A stretch of DNA of 56,497 nt, filler included, from Stramenopiles sp. TOSAG23-3 (lineage: Eukaryota): the NCBI GenBank assembly GCA_900128585.1. It is 13 parts of 13 records of this genome, joined end to end, with 100 filler letters (N's around TTAATTAATTAA, not from the genome) between each part and the next. Parts side by side here need not be neighbours in the genome. Positions count along the whole stretch, not along the records: positions 25,473 to 35,753 come from LT642829.1; positions 35,854 to 46,130 come from LT642830.1; 11 more parts are not named here. One strand, written 5' to 3'. Numbering within the stretch: the stretch's first letter is position 1; each line of letters starts with the position of its first letter. The position numbers and the translations under genes are program-made. This document shows positions 33,354 to 43,864 of this stretch, in pieces. The notes beneath the pieces were generated by a model. The model ran no database searches. It was not told where the DNA came from and saw only the letters and a list, made by a program, of their open reading frames with translations.

Positions 33354-35427
33354 ATGTACCGCACGTTTATGCCGGGTGGGGCAGAGGCAGGGGTTGCAGA
33401 AATTGAGCCTCGGGCCGAAGGGGTAGTCGGAAAAGAAAAACAGAAAGAAAAGAAGAAACGGAAGCGGGGGGATAGGGATCACGGCGTAGCGAAAACCGAT
33501 AAGAAAGGGAAGAAAGGGAAGAAAGAGAAGAAAGAGAAGAAAGAGAAGAAAGAGAAGAAAGAGAAGAAAGAGAAGAAAGAGAAGAAGAAAAAGGACAAGA
33601 AAGAAAAGAAAGAGAGGAAAAACGAACACGAAGGGGACACGCGCGAGAACGAAGTTGCCGTTGTGACTGCGGAGGTTGGGGAAGGGCATCGGCCTGGTAC
33701 TCCACCTGCTAAAATGCCATTCGCTACAAACCATGACGTGATCGCAGAAGCTGAAATTCCCGAGAAGGAACCAGCGACGACGATACAGGAAGACGCAAAG
33801 ACTTGGGATATAGACGAAAGGGTAGTACAAGGCATGGTGTCCGCTGGTATCACTCACTTCTTTTCTATCCAGCGTCAGGCGTTGCCTTTTATACTGAAGG
33901 GGGACGAATATAGGACAGGGCGGCACGAAGACGTCTGCGTTAGCGCGCCGACAGGCAGTGGAAAAACCCTAGTATTTGTGATCGCAACCCTGCAAATGCT
34001 CCTAGACAGAGTCATTACTCGTCTGAGGGCGCTTGTGGTATTGCCTTCCAGGGACCTGGCGATACAGGTGAAAAATGTTTTTGATTTATTTTGTGATGAT
34101 GCTTCAGTTGATTTTGCCGACAGAAAGAGCGTCACAAAACTATCAGTCGGCTTAACCGTAGGGCTTCGTTCTCTGAAAGAGGAACAGGCGTTGATTTGTG
34201 GCCCCCCATTGATAGGACAAGATCCCAAGGAGACAATTGATCGGAACTTAAACGATAGAGCGAGTGGAAGGAGCAGAGTCGATATATTGGTATGCACACC
34301 GGGGCGTTTGATGGACCACATCAGGGACACAGGTGGTTTCACGCTGCAGCACCTGCGGATTTTAGTTGTTGATGAAGCAGACCGCTTGTTGGCCCAATCG
34401 TATCAAGGATGGGTGAAAAGCGTTCTAAATGCTGTTAAGGCCAAAAACATCCCAAGCAGTAAGATATGTCCATGGCGTCCGATCGTAGGGGGGCAGGGGT
34501 TTGTGTTTGACGCCTGTGCTATCCCCGAGCGGCAGTATGGAGGGGAGGTACTAACGCATAAAAATTATCGGGTAACGGGCGGACATTTGCGAAAATTACT
34601 CTTCTCAGCAACGCTGACCAATGAACCTGAAAACATGAACGACATGGCTTTAGTAAACCCTCGCTTTGTATCACTCAAAGAAGCTCCCTCCAAGGGTCAA
34701 GATGACGACTATAAATTTTATGCCCCCGAAGCCCTGGTAGAACATGTAGTTGTTTGTGAAGGTAGGGACAAAGCTTTGGCTCTTTTCCAACTGTTGGAGA
34801 GTTTCCGAAACTTCGAGCGCACTTTAGTCTTTACATCGTCTGTTGAAAACACCTATCGCCTCTGCTTACTGTTGCAGATAATGGAGGGTGAGTTTGGGGT
34901 TGCCGAAAATTTGGGAGGACCGGAGGATGGGGAAGATACAATTGGTAAACCCTCTGAGTTTATGGGTACTGAACGCTTTTCGTAACCAAAAGAGCCCACT
35001 CAAGGTACTGGTCTGTTCTGATGCAATGGCCCGGGGTTTAGACATTGAGCTGGTACAGAACGTGGTCAACTATGACCTGCCTGTCCGCGCAGAGACATAC
35101 GTGCACCGGGTAGGTCGTGCAGCTCGGGCGGGTCGATCTGGGTGCAGTTACAGCTTGGTTAAACCTTCGCAGATGCAGCAGTATCGGGCGACCCTGGGGA
35201 CAGTGAAAGTAAACACCGTAAAAGAATACAAAGTAGACGTCGAGAAAATTGCTAGCGCAGTCCCTAAATTTAGCCACTCACTAAAAATTCTCCAAGAAAA
35301 AGTAATTGGAAAAAAATCGGGAGAGGATACTACCACTGGGGACACAAAGAAAACGAGAAAGAAGATAAATACTAGCAAACGACCAGCAGTAGAGCGTCAC
35401 CGAAACGATTGGGCTGTTGATTTATAA
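33354..35427 (+). CDS. DDX51: DEAD-box RNA helicase DDX51/Dbp6-like, frameshifted near 34965
   Basis: KKE-repeat N-terminus, FSIQ (Q motif), [39 protein letters not shown]; second frame carries [12 protein letters not shown] and [12 protein letters not shown]. Confidence 0.85.
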
Positions 35428-35528
35428 AAAACGTAAACAGGGGTCCTTTTTAAAATTCACTACTACTACTACTGGGTGTATGGTATGGTACCTTGTACCA
35501 GGTTCCGTACCTGGTACCTTGTACTATG

Positions 35529-35753
35529 TTAATTCACTTCAACCTTTTCCTCGTTTTTTCCCATCCCTCCCGATGTTTCTGGGGCTTTTTCTTCCGACTG
35601 TTCCGCTGGGGACTCTTCTCCCGCTTGAGGCTTCGGATCTTGGATCTCCACTTTGCCAACACCAGATTTAGTTTGATCGTCTGTACTTTCTGATGTCGAA
35701 GTAGACGGCAAATCATCAACATTAGGCATTTCTGCATTTTCTTCTGCTAGCGT
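35529..35753 (-). CDS. Acidic low-complexity C-terminal fragment of an unknown protein
   Basis: Open E/S/T-rich frame from the contig edge to TAA; coding-like composition. Confidence 0.5.
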   Translation of the reverse strand, partial: TLAEENAEMPNVDDLPSTSTSESTDDQTKSGVGKVEIQDPKPQAGEESPAEQSEEKAPETSGGMGKNEEKVEVN

Positions 35754-35853
35754 NNNNNNNNNNNNNNNNNNNNNNNNNNNNNNNNNNNNNNNNNNNNTTA
35801 ATTAATTAANNNNNNNNNNNNNNNNNNNNNNNNNNNNNNNNNNNNNNNNNNNN

Positions 35854-35962
35854 ACGATGGGGGGAAGCCGGTCAACCATGCCGAGGCAGGCGCAAAGGAC
35901 CAGCGTAAACTTGAGCAGGCGAACCGGCGCAACTCGAAAGGTAAGGATAAAAAGTGCGCCAT
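35854..35962 (-). CDS. N-terminal fragment of an unknown protein (F-box-like start)
   Basis: ATG at 35962 gives MAHFLSLPFELRRF..., open to the contig edge; LSLP.EL resembles an F-box start. Confidence 0.35.
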
Positions 35963-37044
35963 TTTGTAATTTTTTTTTGTGGGTAAAGAAACGATTCGGG
36001 TGGAAAGGGAAATTCTGTGTTGTTAAAGAAATTTCATGGTAGTTTGTTGGTCGTGGTAACATTTATTTAAGTTTTGTCCCCCTTTTAAACTAATTTGATA
36101 AATTGTTTTTCTTGACACCTATATTTCTCATTGCATTTTTTCTCTTCTTCTATTACTTGGTACCAAGTATAACAATTAAAAGTATTTAGTTGGAATAGTT
36201 TTATACCGACCGTGTTGGTACAACAGTGTCATTCCATTTATTTATTTTTTCACTGCTGTGTTCCTGCTTATCGATAATAGATTCATTTTTTTTTGGATAA
36301 TTAATTACTCCTCGTAGACGACTAGTTTATTTACTATCAACAAAAACAATTTCATACAGTATACTGTGTCAATGTATAAAAAATATATAAAATTCAGATC
36401 ATTTTAGCTTTAAAGTTAAATTGTTTGTGTTTCGTATTTGTATTCACAAGTATTGTATACTTTATATAGGTAATGAAAGTATTACCACTTCAGAAGAAGA
36501 AGAAACGAGGAGGAGGGAGGAGGGAGAAATGGAGAAGCTGAAGAAATAAATCACCTACCTAACTACCAACCTACAACCAACAAGAAACAAGAAGGGAAGG
36601 GAGTATCAAACGAACAATTGCATAATTTGTAGTTGGACTATATTCTAGTTGTACCAATTGCCTATTATACCAAACGGACAAGCAAGTCCTCGTAGTCGTC
36701 TTTTATTACTTCGATTAGTTTTTATTATTTAGGGCTAATTATTATTAGTCTATTATTACTTCTTTTCTTGTTTTTTTATTTTTTATTATTATTATTACAC
36801 ACAACAAAGAGCTTTAGAGGAATAGTCCATGTATTATATTTTTCATTTGATTTATTCAACAGTAGGTAAGTAGAATGTTTTCAAGGAATGCTTTTTATAG
36901 AAGGAAACTTTTGATATATACATTAGTTAATTCCCTTTGTACTTACTTGCCTACGACAAGCTGCCTGCACGTTCGGGGGTGAGAAGTGTTGCTTCGCCGC
37001 TGGAAGAATAGAATTAGTAAGTATAATATACTTCGTACAGCTCA

Positions 37045-37803
37045 ATGGCCGGACTAGCGGAAACCTTTAACCTGGACCGGACACGGGAACTGCTGAAGCT
37101 CCGGTCGATGCTCAATGCGGCCAAGTTTGAAGAGGCCACCAGGCTTGCTGCTTTTCTGGAACCAGAACGTGGTTTTCAAGTGTTGACCGCTGGCTATGCA
37201 ACAGTTCGGGGGAAAGACTTTGCGACGGAGAAAAAAAAGTGGTTCTCGTCCTCCAAGAAAATTGCGCCCGTTCGGCTGTTTTTCAACCTTACCTCCACGA
37301 AGGACACGCTCAATGACGTGACTATTTTCAGGATGGATGGCTTTGCGGACGAAAAAGATGTACATAGACTGCCTCGAACGCCATTGCATAGCTTGCGCCT
37401 GTCGTCGAAACATAAAATTGTTTCAAAACACGATGCTGAGGGCAGGGAGATTCTAAATATTGTTCCAAAAGGTGAGCCTGGAGCGGGGAAGGAAGAAACT
37501 GTTGAATTGGCATTTAGGCAACGCTCAGATGCCAAACGCTGGAGACAAGCCTTGGAGCAGGCTGTCATGGCGATCCATGTCACTATCGTACTCCATGATT
37601 TAGATTGGATTAGAACATCTAAGCTGAGCAGCTCTGTTTTTGATGATCAAAAAAAGTACAATTCGTTCCATAATTTAGCTTTCGCCCGCAGAACTGAGTT
37701 AGACGATATCGTCTTGCACGCCGTTCACGGCGACGAGTACACGTCGTTGCTGCGGGATGTCACCGCCCACGACTATTTTTTACGGCACGTGCAGCAGAAA
37801 TAA
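37045..37803 (+). CDS. Hypothetical protein with PH-like domain
   Basis: 252-aa ATG ORF; KKKW..RLFF.L and ELAF...DAKRWRQALEQA resemble the first strands and final helix of a PH domain. Confidence 0.6.
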   Translation: MAGLAETFNLDRTRELLKLRSMLNAAKFEEATRLAAFLEPERGFQVLTAGYATVRGKDFATEKKKWFSSSKKIAPVRLFFNLTSTKDTLNDVTIFRMDGFADEKDVHRLPRTPLHSLRLSSKHKIVSKHDAEGREILNIVPKGEPGAGKEETVELAFRQRSDAKRWRQALEQAVMAIHVTIVLHDLDWIRTSKLSSSVFDDQKKYNSFHNLAFARRTELDDIVLHAVHGDEYTSLLRDVTAHDYFLRHVQQK

Positions 37804-37899
37804 TTGGATTACCCTTCTTTAAAAAACCAAAAAAAATGCGTAATTTAGAGTGCGTTTTATACGTCACTGTTTTTAAATTAAAAATAAATTTTATATATA

Positions 37900-38290
37900 G
37901 TGTATATGCTTTAAGATGTTTTTACGCAGTACATTAATTTTTTTTTAATTACATACTAAATAAAAACAAGAAAATTGGCTGTTATTTTTAAAGTAAATTA
38001 ACAGCCAATTTTCTCGTTTAATTATTAATATATAATAAAAAAAAATTATATTTGCTTTATTATTAAGACTCTCAATTTATAATAATATAGACGACTAATA
38101 ATATCCAATTCCATTTTTTCCAATCCTCATAAATACTTCGGTACCAAACCAGCCAATTTTCTTGTTTTTAAATACTTCGGTGCCTAAGAGAGTAAATAAC
38201 AGCCACAAACTTTGAAATGTATATACAATTTTCTTGTTTTAATGTATATATAACACTTAAGACGAGAGTTTTAAAACATACTATATAAAA
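37900..38290. repeat. Cluster of dispersed-repeat copies including an inverted pair, between convergent genes
   Basis: 37961-37985 (-) and 37999-38020 (+) form an inverted repeat with ~13-nt spacer; further copies at 38150-38170, ~38196 and ~38227. Confidence 0.8.
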
Positions 38291-38377
38291 CTATTATATA
38301 ATTTGTTTTTTTTTAATTTGTTTTATAACACTTTAAGAATTATAAAAAAGAAATCGGCAAAAAATTGGACCTCCTTG

Positions 38378-39091
38378 TCAGCTGGCTTTTCTTACCAAAT
38401 CGTCCCCGTGGATAAGCACGAATCCTGCCGTGCCCTGTCCCACTCCAGCCTCTCGGCCAGCTCTATCCTGTTCCGCGCCTCCTGCAGAATCCGGCAATAC
38501 CAACATAAAGATGCGCTTGGCCTTCACTACCGTTTGCAACTTTCTTGGCACAGATCCTTTCTTGCTCCCTTGATTTTTTTTGCTCCGTGCGACACTCAGG
38601 GTAAATGTATTTCGTGTTTCCCGGACGACTGTTCCCACAACCCCTCTTTCGTGTACACAACGAGACGCGGCTATTTTCAGCGTGCTCCCTGTAAAAACGA
38701 TGCCACGCCGAATAGTTTGTCTACCATCACGTGAACTGGCCCTGGATACACGCAGCCAATAGTCGTTCCAAGGCTTTCTTTTATCATTCATCAAGGGGGT
38801 CTCTTTCAGCTGAGGACGTAGCCTAGAACTTACAGCCTTAAACCCGGACCTTGCCAGAGTACTGCCACCACCCACCTTCCTACACCGAAACGGCACATTG
38901 GTCTTCGTCCTTCCTCCAAAATCCAAAGCAGAGGGAAAACTATTCTTAGGATAATTTGAGAACTGCAATGCTTTGTTCTTTAACTTTTCGTCAATGGTCC
39001 GAGACACCTGCACACCTCCCCGATTCTCAGCCGTTAAAGCACTGTCCACATAATCGCGAACAGGGTCGTATTGAGAATCCAAGTGATTCAT
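38378..39091 (-). CDS. POP4: RNase P/MRP subunit p29 (POP4/Rpp29)-like; may have an upstream exon
   Basis: W..YW followed by FTGSTLKIAASRC..GVVGTVVRETRNTF..VVKAKRIF..IHG, matching the Rpp29/UPF0086 pattern. Confidence 0.75.
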   Translation of the reverse strand: MNHLDSQYDPVRDYVDSALTAENRGGVQVSRTIDEKLKNKALQFSNYPKNSFPSALDFGGRTKTNVPFRCRKVGGGSTLARSGFKAVSSRLRPQLKETPLMNDKRKPWNDYWLRVSRASSRDGRQTIRRGIVFTGSTLKIAASRCVHERGVVGTVVRETRNTFTLSVARSKKNQGSKKGSVPRKLQTVVKAKRIFMLVLPDSAGGAEQDRAGREAGVGQGTAGFVLIHGDDLVRKAS

Positions 39092-39732
39092 CACAACCTT
39101 TTTCAATCTACTATGAAAATCATTTATTTACACCATTCAATTTAGCAACATTAATAATTGCATAGACAATGTACAGACCTACTAACAACAACAAAAGAGA
39201 GAAAGAGATTTATAAACGTAGACATTACCTCTCAATCAAAATCTTTTTATAGTAGTATGTATTCAATAAAAAAAGGTACGGTACCTTTTTATTAATGGTA
39301 TTAATAAAATATAATAATAATAATAATAATAATAATTTTAAATAAGTAGTCGTCTATTAAAGTGTCTGTCTATTATTAAATTTTAAAAAAATAATTATTA
39401 TAATAATAATAGAAGACGACGACTAAGTACTATTTTCGTATTGTTTTTATAGTAATATGCTATACTTATTATTTTATTTATTTAATTTTGCGACCGCCAA
39501 GTTACACCGTAGATCTTCATCATTGTCTTTCTTCTGAGATATTTTATCGCCATGTCGTCGCCTCGTCTTTTGTGTCATTAATCGTCACAATTAATTCGTG
39601 TTAATTCCATTGAATGATCAGTGTCGGTGTTCGTTTTTAAATAAATAGACACAGCAATCAAATGTAATAAGTACGATGAAAACGAAAAGTTTGTTGCGCT
39701 GTTGATTGTTGTTTTTTTATTTTTGTTTGGCA

Positions 39733-41454
39733 ATGATCGTTTTTCTGGACAGTGTGGAGAAAGCTGTTCTTCTCCTCGTATGGGGGAGAGTCTTGTCTGT
39801 TTTGTTGGGCGCCGCTGAACATGATATTGATACCGCGCAGTGGCGCGTGGTTCTAGCTGTTGTGACTCTCGGTGGTTTCATTTTTGATTCGTTTTTTCAA
39901 AAAGTATCCCTTTACGAATATTGCGGGTTCTCGTATCGAAAGGAACGAGAACTTGCGAGTAAGAGACCTCCCGGTCTTTTAGGGGGTGCTATACTGGTCC
40001 CAATGGTGCTTGGCAGTGTTGTCAACAATTGTAATGAAGGGAGTGAAGGTGGTTCGAACTACAAAAGATACTTGTTATTTTTGCTTTCGCTGTCAATATG
40101 CTGCAGCATGTCCTCCTTGATCGAAATAGGCTTCAGGAGAAAGCTTAAAGGTTGCAACAGAGTGGGTCTCCTTTGTCTGAGTGGATTTTCCGTCGTGGTA
40201 TCGGCGTTCGCCTGCCAAGGAATTGATCCGTGGGGTGAGGGGACAATGTTTCTAGCCTACCTAACGTTTATCGCATCCTACCGAGGGTTGTATTACGTTA
40301 CAGCCACATATTTAGGCGGTTCTTTTACGGTGGGAGAAGCCATGTCCGCTGTCCAAGCATTTTGTGTACTGTCTACTGATTTCGCACTGCTGCTGCTCTC
40401 CCAATTTCTCCCGAAGCGTGGTAGTGAAGGTGCCCTTGACTCTAGTTTCTTTGTCAAGCTCGGGCTCTTCCAAGATCGTTCAGCGCTTGACATTGTTTTA
40501 GAAGTTGGAATTCTGGGTACTCTGCTCATTGGTTTGTGTGCAACCTGTGCCTCAAGAATGTTTTGGACGTCCCGATTCCAGAAAAGGGCGTTCTATGGAA
40601 GCACCGTTGCCGGGTATGTTGCACTGGTCGCAACGTCTTCCCACCTGCTTGACGACGAAGGAACAAACTTTATTGTGTGGGTTTATAACTTCGTGTTTCG
40701 GGAAGAGTTACATTTGTTAATGGTTGCGTTTTGGGGGTTTTTTCTTTTCATAGGGGTCGCGATGGTCATGTGGTATGGATCGTTTGTGAGGGGTGGTCTT
40801 GTCGTAAAACGCAAGTTGTTTCATGCGCTGGCTCTTGTGTTGTTTTGTCCACCGCTGCTGATGGCATTTGAGTTACTAAAGCTTGCCCTAGGGGTAGCGT
40901 TCGGGATTTTGCTGCTGTTGGAAATTGTTCGAGCGAATGACTCGACGTCTTATTATATGAAAATATTTGATTCTTACATGCACGAAAATACGGACGAGCG
41001 TGATTCAGGAAGCTTGATACTGACGCACTTGTATTTGATGGCTGGGTGCGCCGTGCCGATGTGGCTTGTCGATCAGAGGGAGGGTCATTCGGAAGCGCCT
41101 GTGCTCCAGTCGTCCAAACTTCTTTGTGCATGCTCTGGTTTAATATCGGTTGGTATCGGAGACGCCTTGGGAGGGGTGATAGGGAAATTAATGGGGAAGC
41201 ATCGTTGGCCAAGGTCAAAAAAGACGTTTGAAGGCTCAGCGGCCGTTGGAATCTCTGTCTTTATATTTTCTGTGGTTGTGTCCATGGTACCGCAGCTCTG
41301 TTTTCCTGGCATGCCCGTACTTGGCCGAGGCACTGTGTCGATCCCAGGAATAGCGTTGTTGTCGTTCACCACGATGGTCCTGGAAGCCAGTACGGGGCAG
41401 ATTGACAACATATTACTGCCCCTCGTGTTCTTTTCCCTGATGTCAACAGTTTGA
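39733..41454 (+). CDS. DOLK: Dolichol kinase
   Basis: GSFTVGEA, KRKLFH, DERDSGSLILTHLYLMAGCAVP, GLISVGIGDA, GKHRWPRSKKTFEGS, QIDNILLP; polytopic. Confidence 0.93.
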   Translation: MIVFLDSVEKAVLLLVWGRVLSVLLGAAEHDIDTAQWRVVLAVVTLGGFIFDSFFQKVSLYEYCGFSYRKERELASKRPPGLLGGAILVPMVLGSVVNNCNEGSEGGSNYKRYLLFLLSLSICCSMSSLIEIGFRRKLKGCNRVGLLCLSGFSVVVSAFACQGIDPWGEGTMFLAYLTFIASYRGLYYVTATYLGGSFTVGEAMSAVQAFCVLSTDFALLLLSQFLPKRGSEGALDSSFFVKLGLFQDRSALDIVLEVGILGTLLIGLCATCASRMFWTSRFQKRAFYGSTVAGYVALVATSSHLLDDEGTNFIVWVYNFVFREELHLLMVAFWGFFLFIGVAMVMWYGSFVRGGLVVKRKLFHALALVLFCPPLLMAFELLKLALGVAFGILLLLEIVRANDSTSYYMKIFDSYMHENTDERDSGSLILTHLYLMAGCAVPMWLVDQREGHSEAPVLQSSKLLCACSGLISVGIGDALGGVIGKLMGKHRWPRSKKTFEGSAAVGISVFIFSVVVSMVPQLCFPGMPVLGRGTVSIPGIALLSFTTMVLEASTGQIDNILLPLVFFSLMSTV

Positions 41455-41609
41455 TTTACATCCTCCACTACTACTTGTACTAAAATCATGATGTTATATC
41501 TAGACTAAGTTTTAAATTACTACTATTACTTCGTACTTACTAAGAAGTAGTAAAATTCTTTACTTTTTTTATCAATTTCAAGTATCATACTCTTACACTT
41601 CGTACTGTT

Positions 41610-42998
41610 TTAAAAAACTGCGGGCCACGTGCTGTGCCGCCCGGTGGCAGCGTCTTCCCATCGCCGCATCGGAAACACTTTTCTTCGTTCGACGAGCGCA
41701 GCGTCTACCGCCGCACACGTGTTTCCGTCGATATTCCCCTTGCACGCGGTTCTAACGTTCCACAACAGCAACGTGTCAACGTAGCTAAATCCTCTCTTGT
41801 CCGACGCTTGTGAGTCCGTTCTGATCTCTCCTTCGGTGCCCACTACGTCGAGATAGATGGCACCGGGCGGCGAGTACGAATCTTGGTATGTGGGTGAAAC
41901 CACTCGATCCAGAAACACCTGAGAGTAGAAGTTTCTTAGACGCTCCCACTCGTCCAGCGTAGCCGGGCACCACGCTGTAACGTTCGGAATGTTGATAATC
42001 TTGGCACATTTTTCCATCAAATCTTTCGGGTGGAGCCCGATCTTGCCGGCCGCCCATATTTCTGCGGCGACCAGGACGAGTTCGCTCGGCGGACTTCCCG
42101 CCAAACTCATGAGGAAGAGCTTGTTGGCCGCTTTGTAGCTCGCGCGCTGTTGGGCGTTGGAACGGTAAAACTTGTCCCATTCTGCAAACGACTGAACCAG
42201 GTTGTTCACGTTTTCTCCGGCCCCTCCGTTATACACGAAATTGCCGTCCCATGCCAGAGGGTCCGAGTCCGTGAAATTGACGTAGTCTCCCGTATACAAC
42301 AGCGCGCGCCTGTTCGTGGCAATGAGTTCCGACAGACTCGTCGAGTTGACGCTCGTGTAGTTGTCTCCCGAGCTTGGGACAAATCCGACGCCCGATGACG
42401 CAAAAGAATGTTTGATCTGCTTCCAAAATGCTTGTTTCTCCTGGTTTGTCGCCCCGGGGTACTGCGCATTTCCCGTGCAACCCTGGCAGCCGTGTCGCGT
42501 CAGCATCATCACCACCACCTCCTTCGGGTGGTCTCTGAGGAACGCCGCAACGGCGTCGAAGTAGGTCATAGATTTTTGGTTGGATTCGACCATGTGGAGC
42601 GAGTACCAGTCTTTGCTTCCGACAGCCTTGCTCGGCGGCGACGTATAAATGGTTCTCAGATCCAAGAAACGAATCCCTGATTCGAGCTGCGTCGTGACGT
42701 TGTGCTCTTGCGTCTGAGCGTTCTGTCGAATGAAGTCTCCGACGAACCCGTCAAGAGAGTGAAACGTGTGAAGCAACCAAGAAGCCCACGTCGGCAGATC
42801 ATTGGCGTCGTCGGCGACGGTGGAGCTGAGATCGTACGTCAAAGTGTCGTGCGTGCCTGGAAGAGCAAGATCGAGCAGCGTCAGGTTGCCCAGCACGGGT
42901 TCCAAGTCACCCATCCAGGACGAAAGGCGCGGCGGTGGGCTCGCGCGGACGGTGGTCAGCAGTGCCACGGTAGCTAGGTAGAGAATCCACCAGGACAT
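41610..42998 (-). CDS. Secreted PI-PLC X-domain (PLCXD-like) phosphodiesterase
   Basis: Signal peptide, SWM, LALPGTHDT, TQ..QLESGIRFLDLR, H, FLRDHPKEVVV. Confidence 0.88.
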   Translation of the reverse strand: MSWWILYLATVALLTTVRASPPPRLSSWMGDLEPVLGNLTLLDLALPGTHDTLTYDLSSTVADDANDLPTWASWLLHTFHSLDGFVGDFIRQNAQTQEHNVTTQLESGIRFLDLRTIYTSPPSKAVGSKDWYSLHMVESNQKSMTYFDAVAAFLRDHPKEVVVMMLTRHGCQGCTGNAQYPGATNQEKQAFWKQIKHSFASSGVGFVPSSGDNYTSVNSTSLSELIATNRRALLYTGDYVNFTDSDPLAWDGNFVYNGGAGENVNNLVQSFAEWDKFYRSNAQQRASYKAANKLFLMSLAGSPPSELVLVAAEIWAAGKIGLHPKDLMEKCAKIINIPNVTAWCPATLDEWERLRNFYSQVFLDRVVSPTYQDSYSPPGAIYLDVVGTEGEIRTDSQASDKRGFSYVDTLLLWNVRTACKGNIDGNTCAAVDAALVERRKVFPMRRWEDAATGRHSTWPAVF

Positions 42999-43161
42999 TT
43001 TGTGGCGCAAGCGGCAGTATAGCACGCACCGAACCAACAAATTAGTACCAAGTACGAAAATTGCTGTTTTGAACGCTTATGTTTCAATATAAAATGAATT
43101 CAAATGATAAATCCAAACAAAGATTACTCATACAAAAATTTTCGTAGAATAAGAATATGCT

Positions 43162-43320
43162 CAGGAGGCACTCGCGCACCCACAATGGCAAGGCGCCATC
43201 GATAAAGAAATCGCATCGATAAAGGCAAATGACACATTTAAATTTGAACCGATAACAAAATCGCACGCAAACGACAACATGAAAATAAACAAGAAGCCGA
43301 AAGCATTCACATTAATTTTT
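43162..43320 (+). mobile_element. Degenerate Ty1/copia retrotransposon reverse-transcriptase fragment
   Basis: Translation QEALAHPQWQGAIDKEIASIKANDTFKF..KKPKAFTLIF matches the copia pre-RT/RT start pattern EAL..P.W..A...EI.S...N.T(W/F). Confidence 0.65.
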
Positions 43321-43864
43321 TTACACTCCTCCCCTCACACTGCTCGCTGTGTTCTTATTGTATTGGATATAGTACGTAGAATAAATACCCAGGAGGTATT
43401 AAATTTTCAACAACAAAAAATCACAAAAAAAAAATAACTTCTTTTTATTTTTTATTTTTTGTATACGACTCGTATTATTATAAGGAAATACTGTAGAGGT
43501 ATTATTATTATTATACCTTTTAGCATGCAGTCGAGTCGGTCTGGTCGGTCTAATAATATAATTATTATAATATTTATTATCTAAAAATATAATAAGCTAA
43601 CAACAACATAGTCTACGAGGTAATTAAAATGACTCGTAGTATTTATTAATAGTACCAGTAGTAGCTTCGCCATCTATCTTACTTTAACACCATCATGCTT
43701 TGCTGAGAAAGAAACATTTGTTTTACTTCGTTAGTTAACCATTGCTGCAAGATGTTCGTTGCGCATATACAAAGGGAGAGAGCATTTTCAAACAATCTCG
43801 GTATCGCAGACTTCAAAGCAGAAAGCAAGTCAGCTGGCATAACAGAAAACGCTTCGAGGTGCAC

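Noticed and set aside
34888-34958. GT-AG intron repairing DDX51
   Set aside because: Both donors are phase 1, and none of the AGs at 34917, 34925, 34935 or 34958 gives the required frame.
35475-35525. GGTACC/GTACC-rich patch (similar at 8890, 13598, 32864)
   Set aside because: Short, with no consistent unit or boundaries; too weak to call an element.
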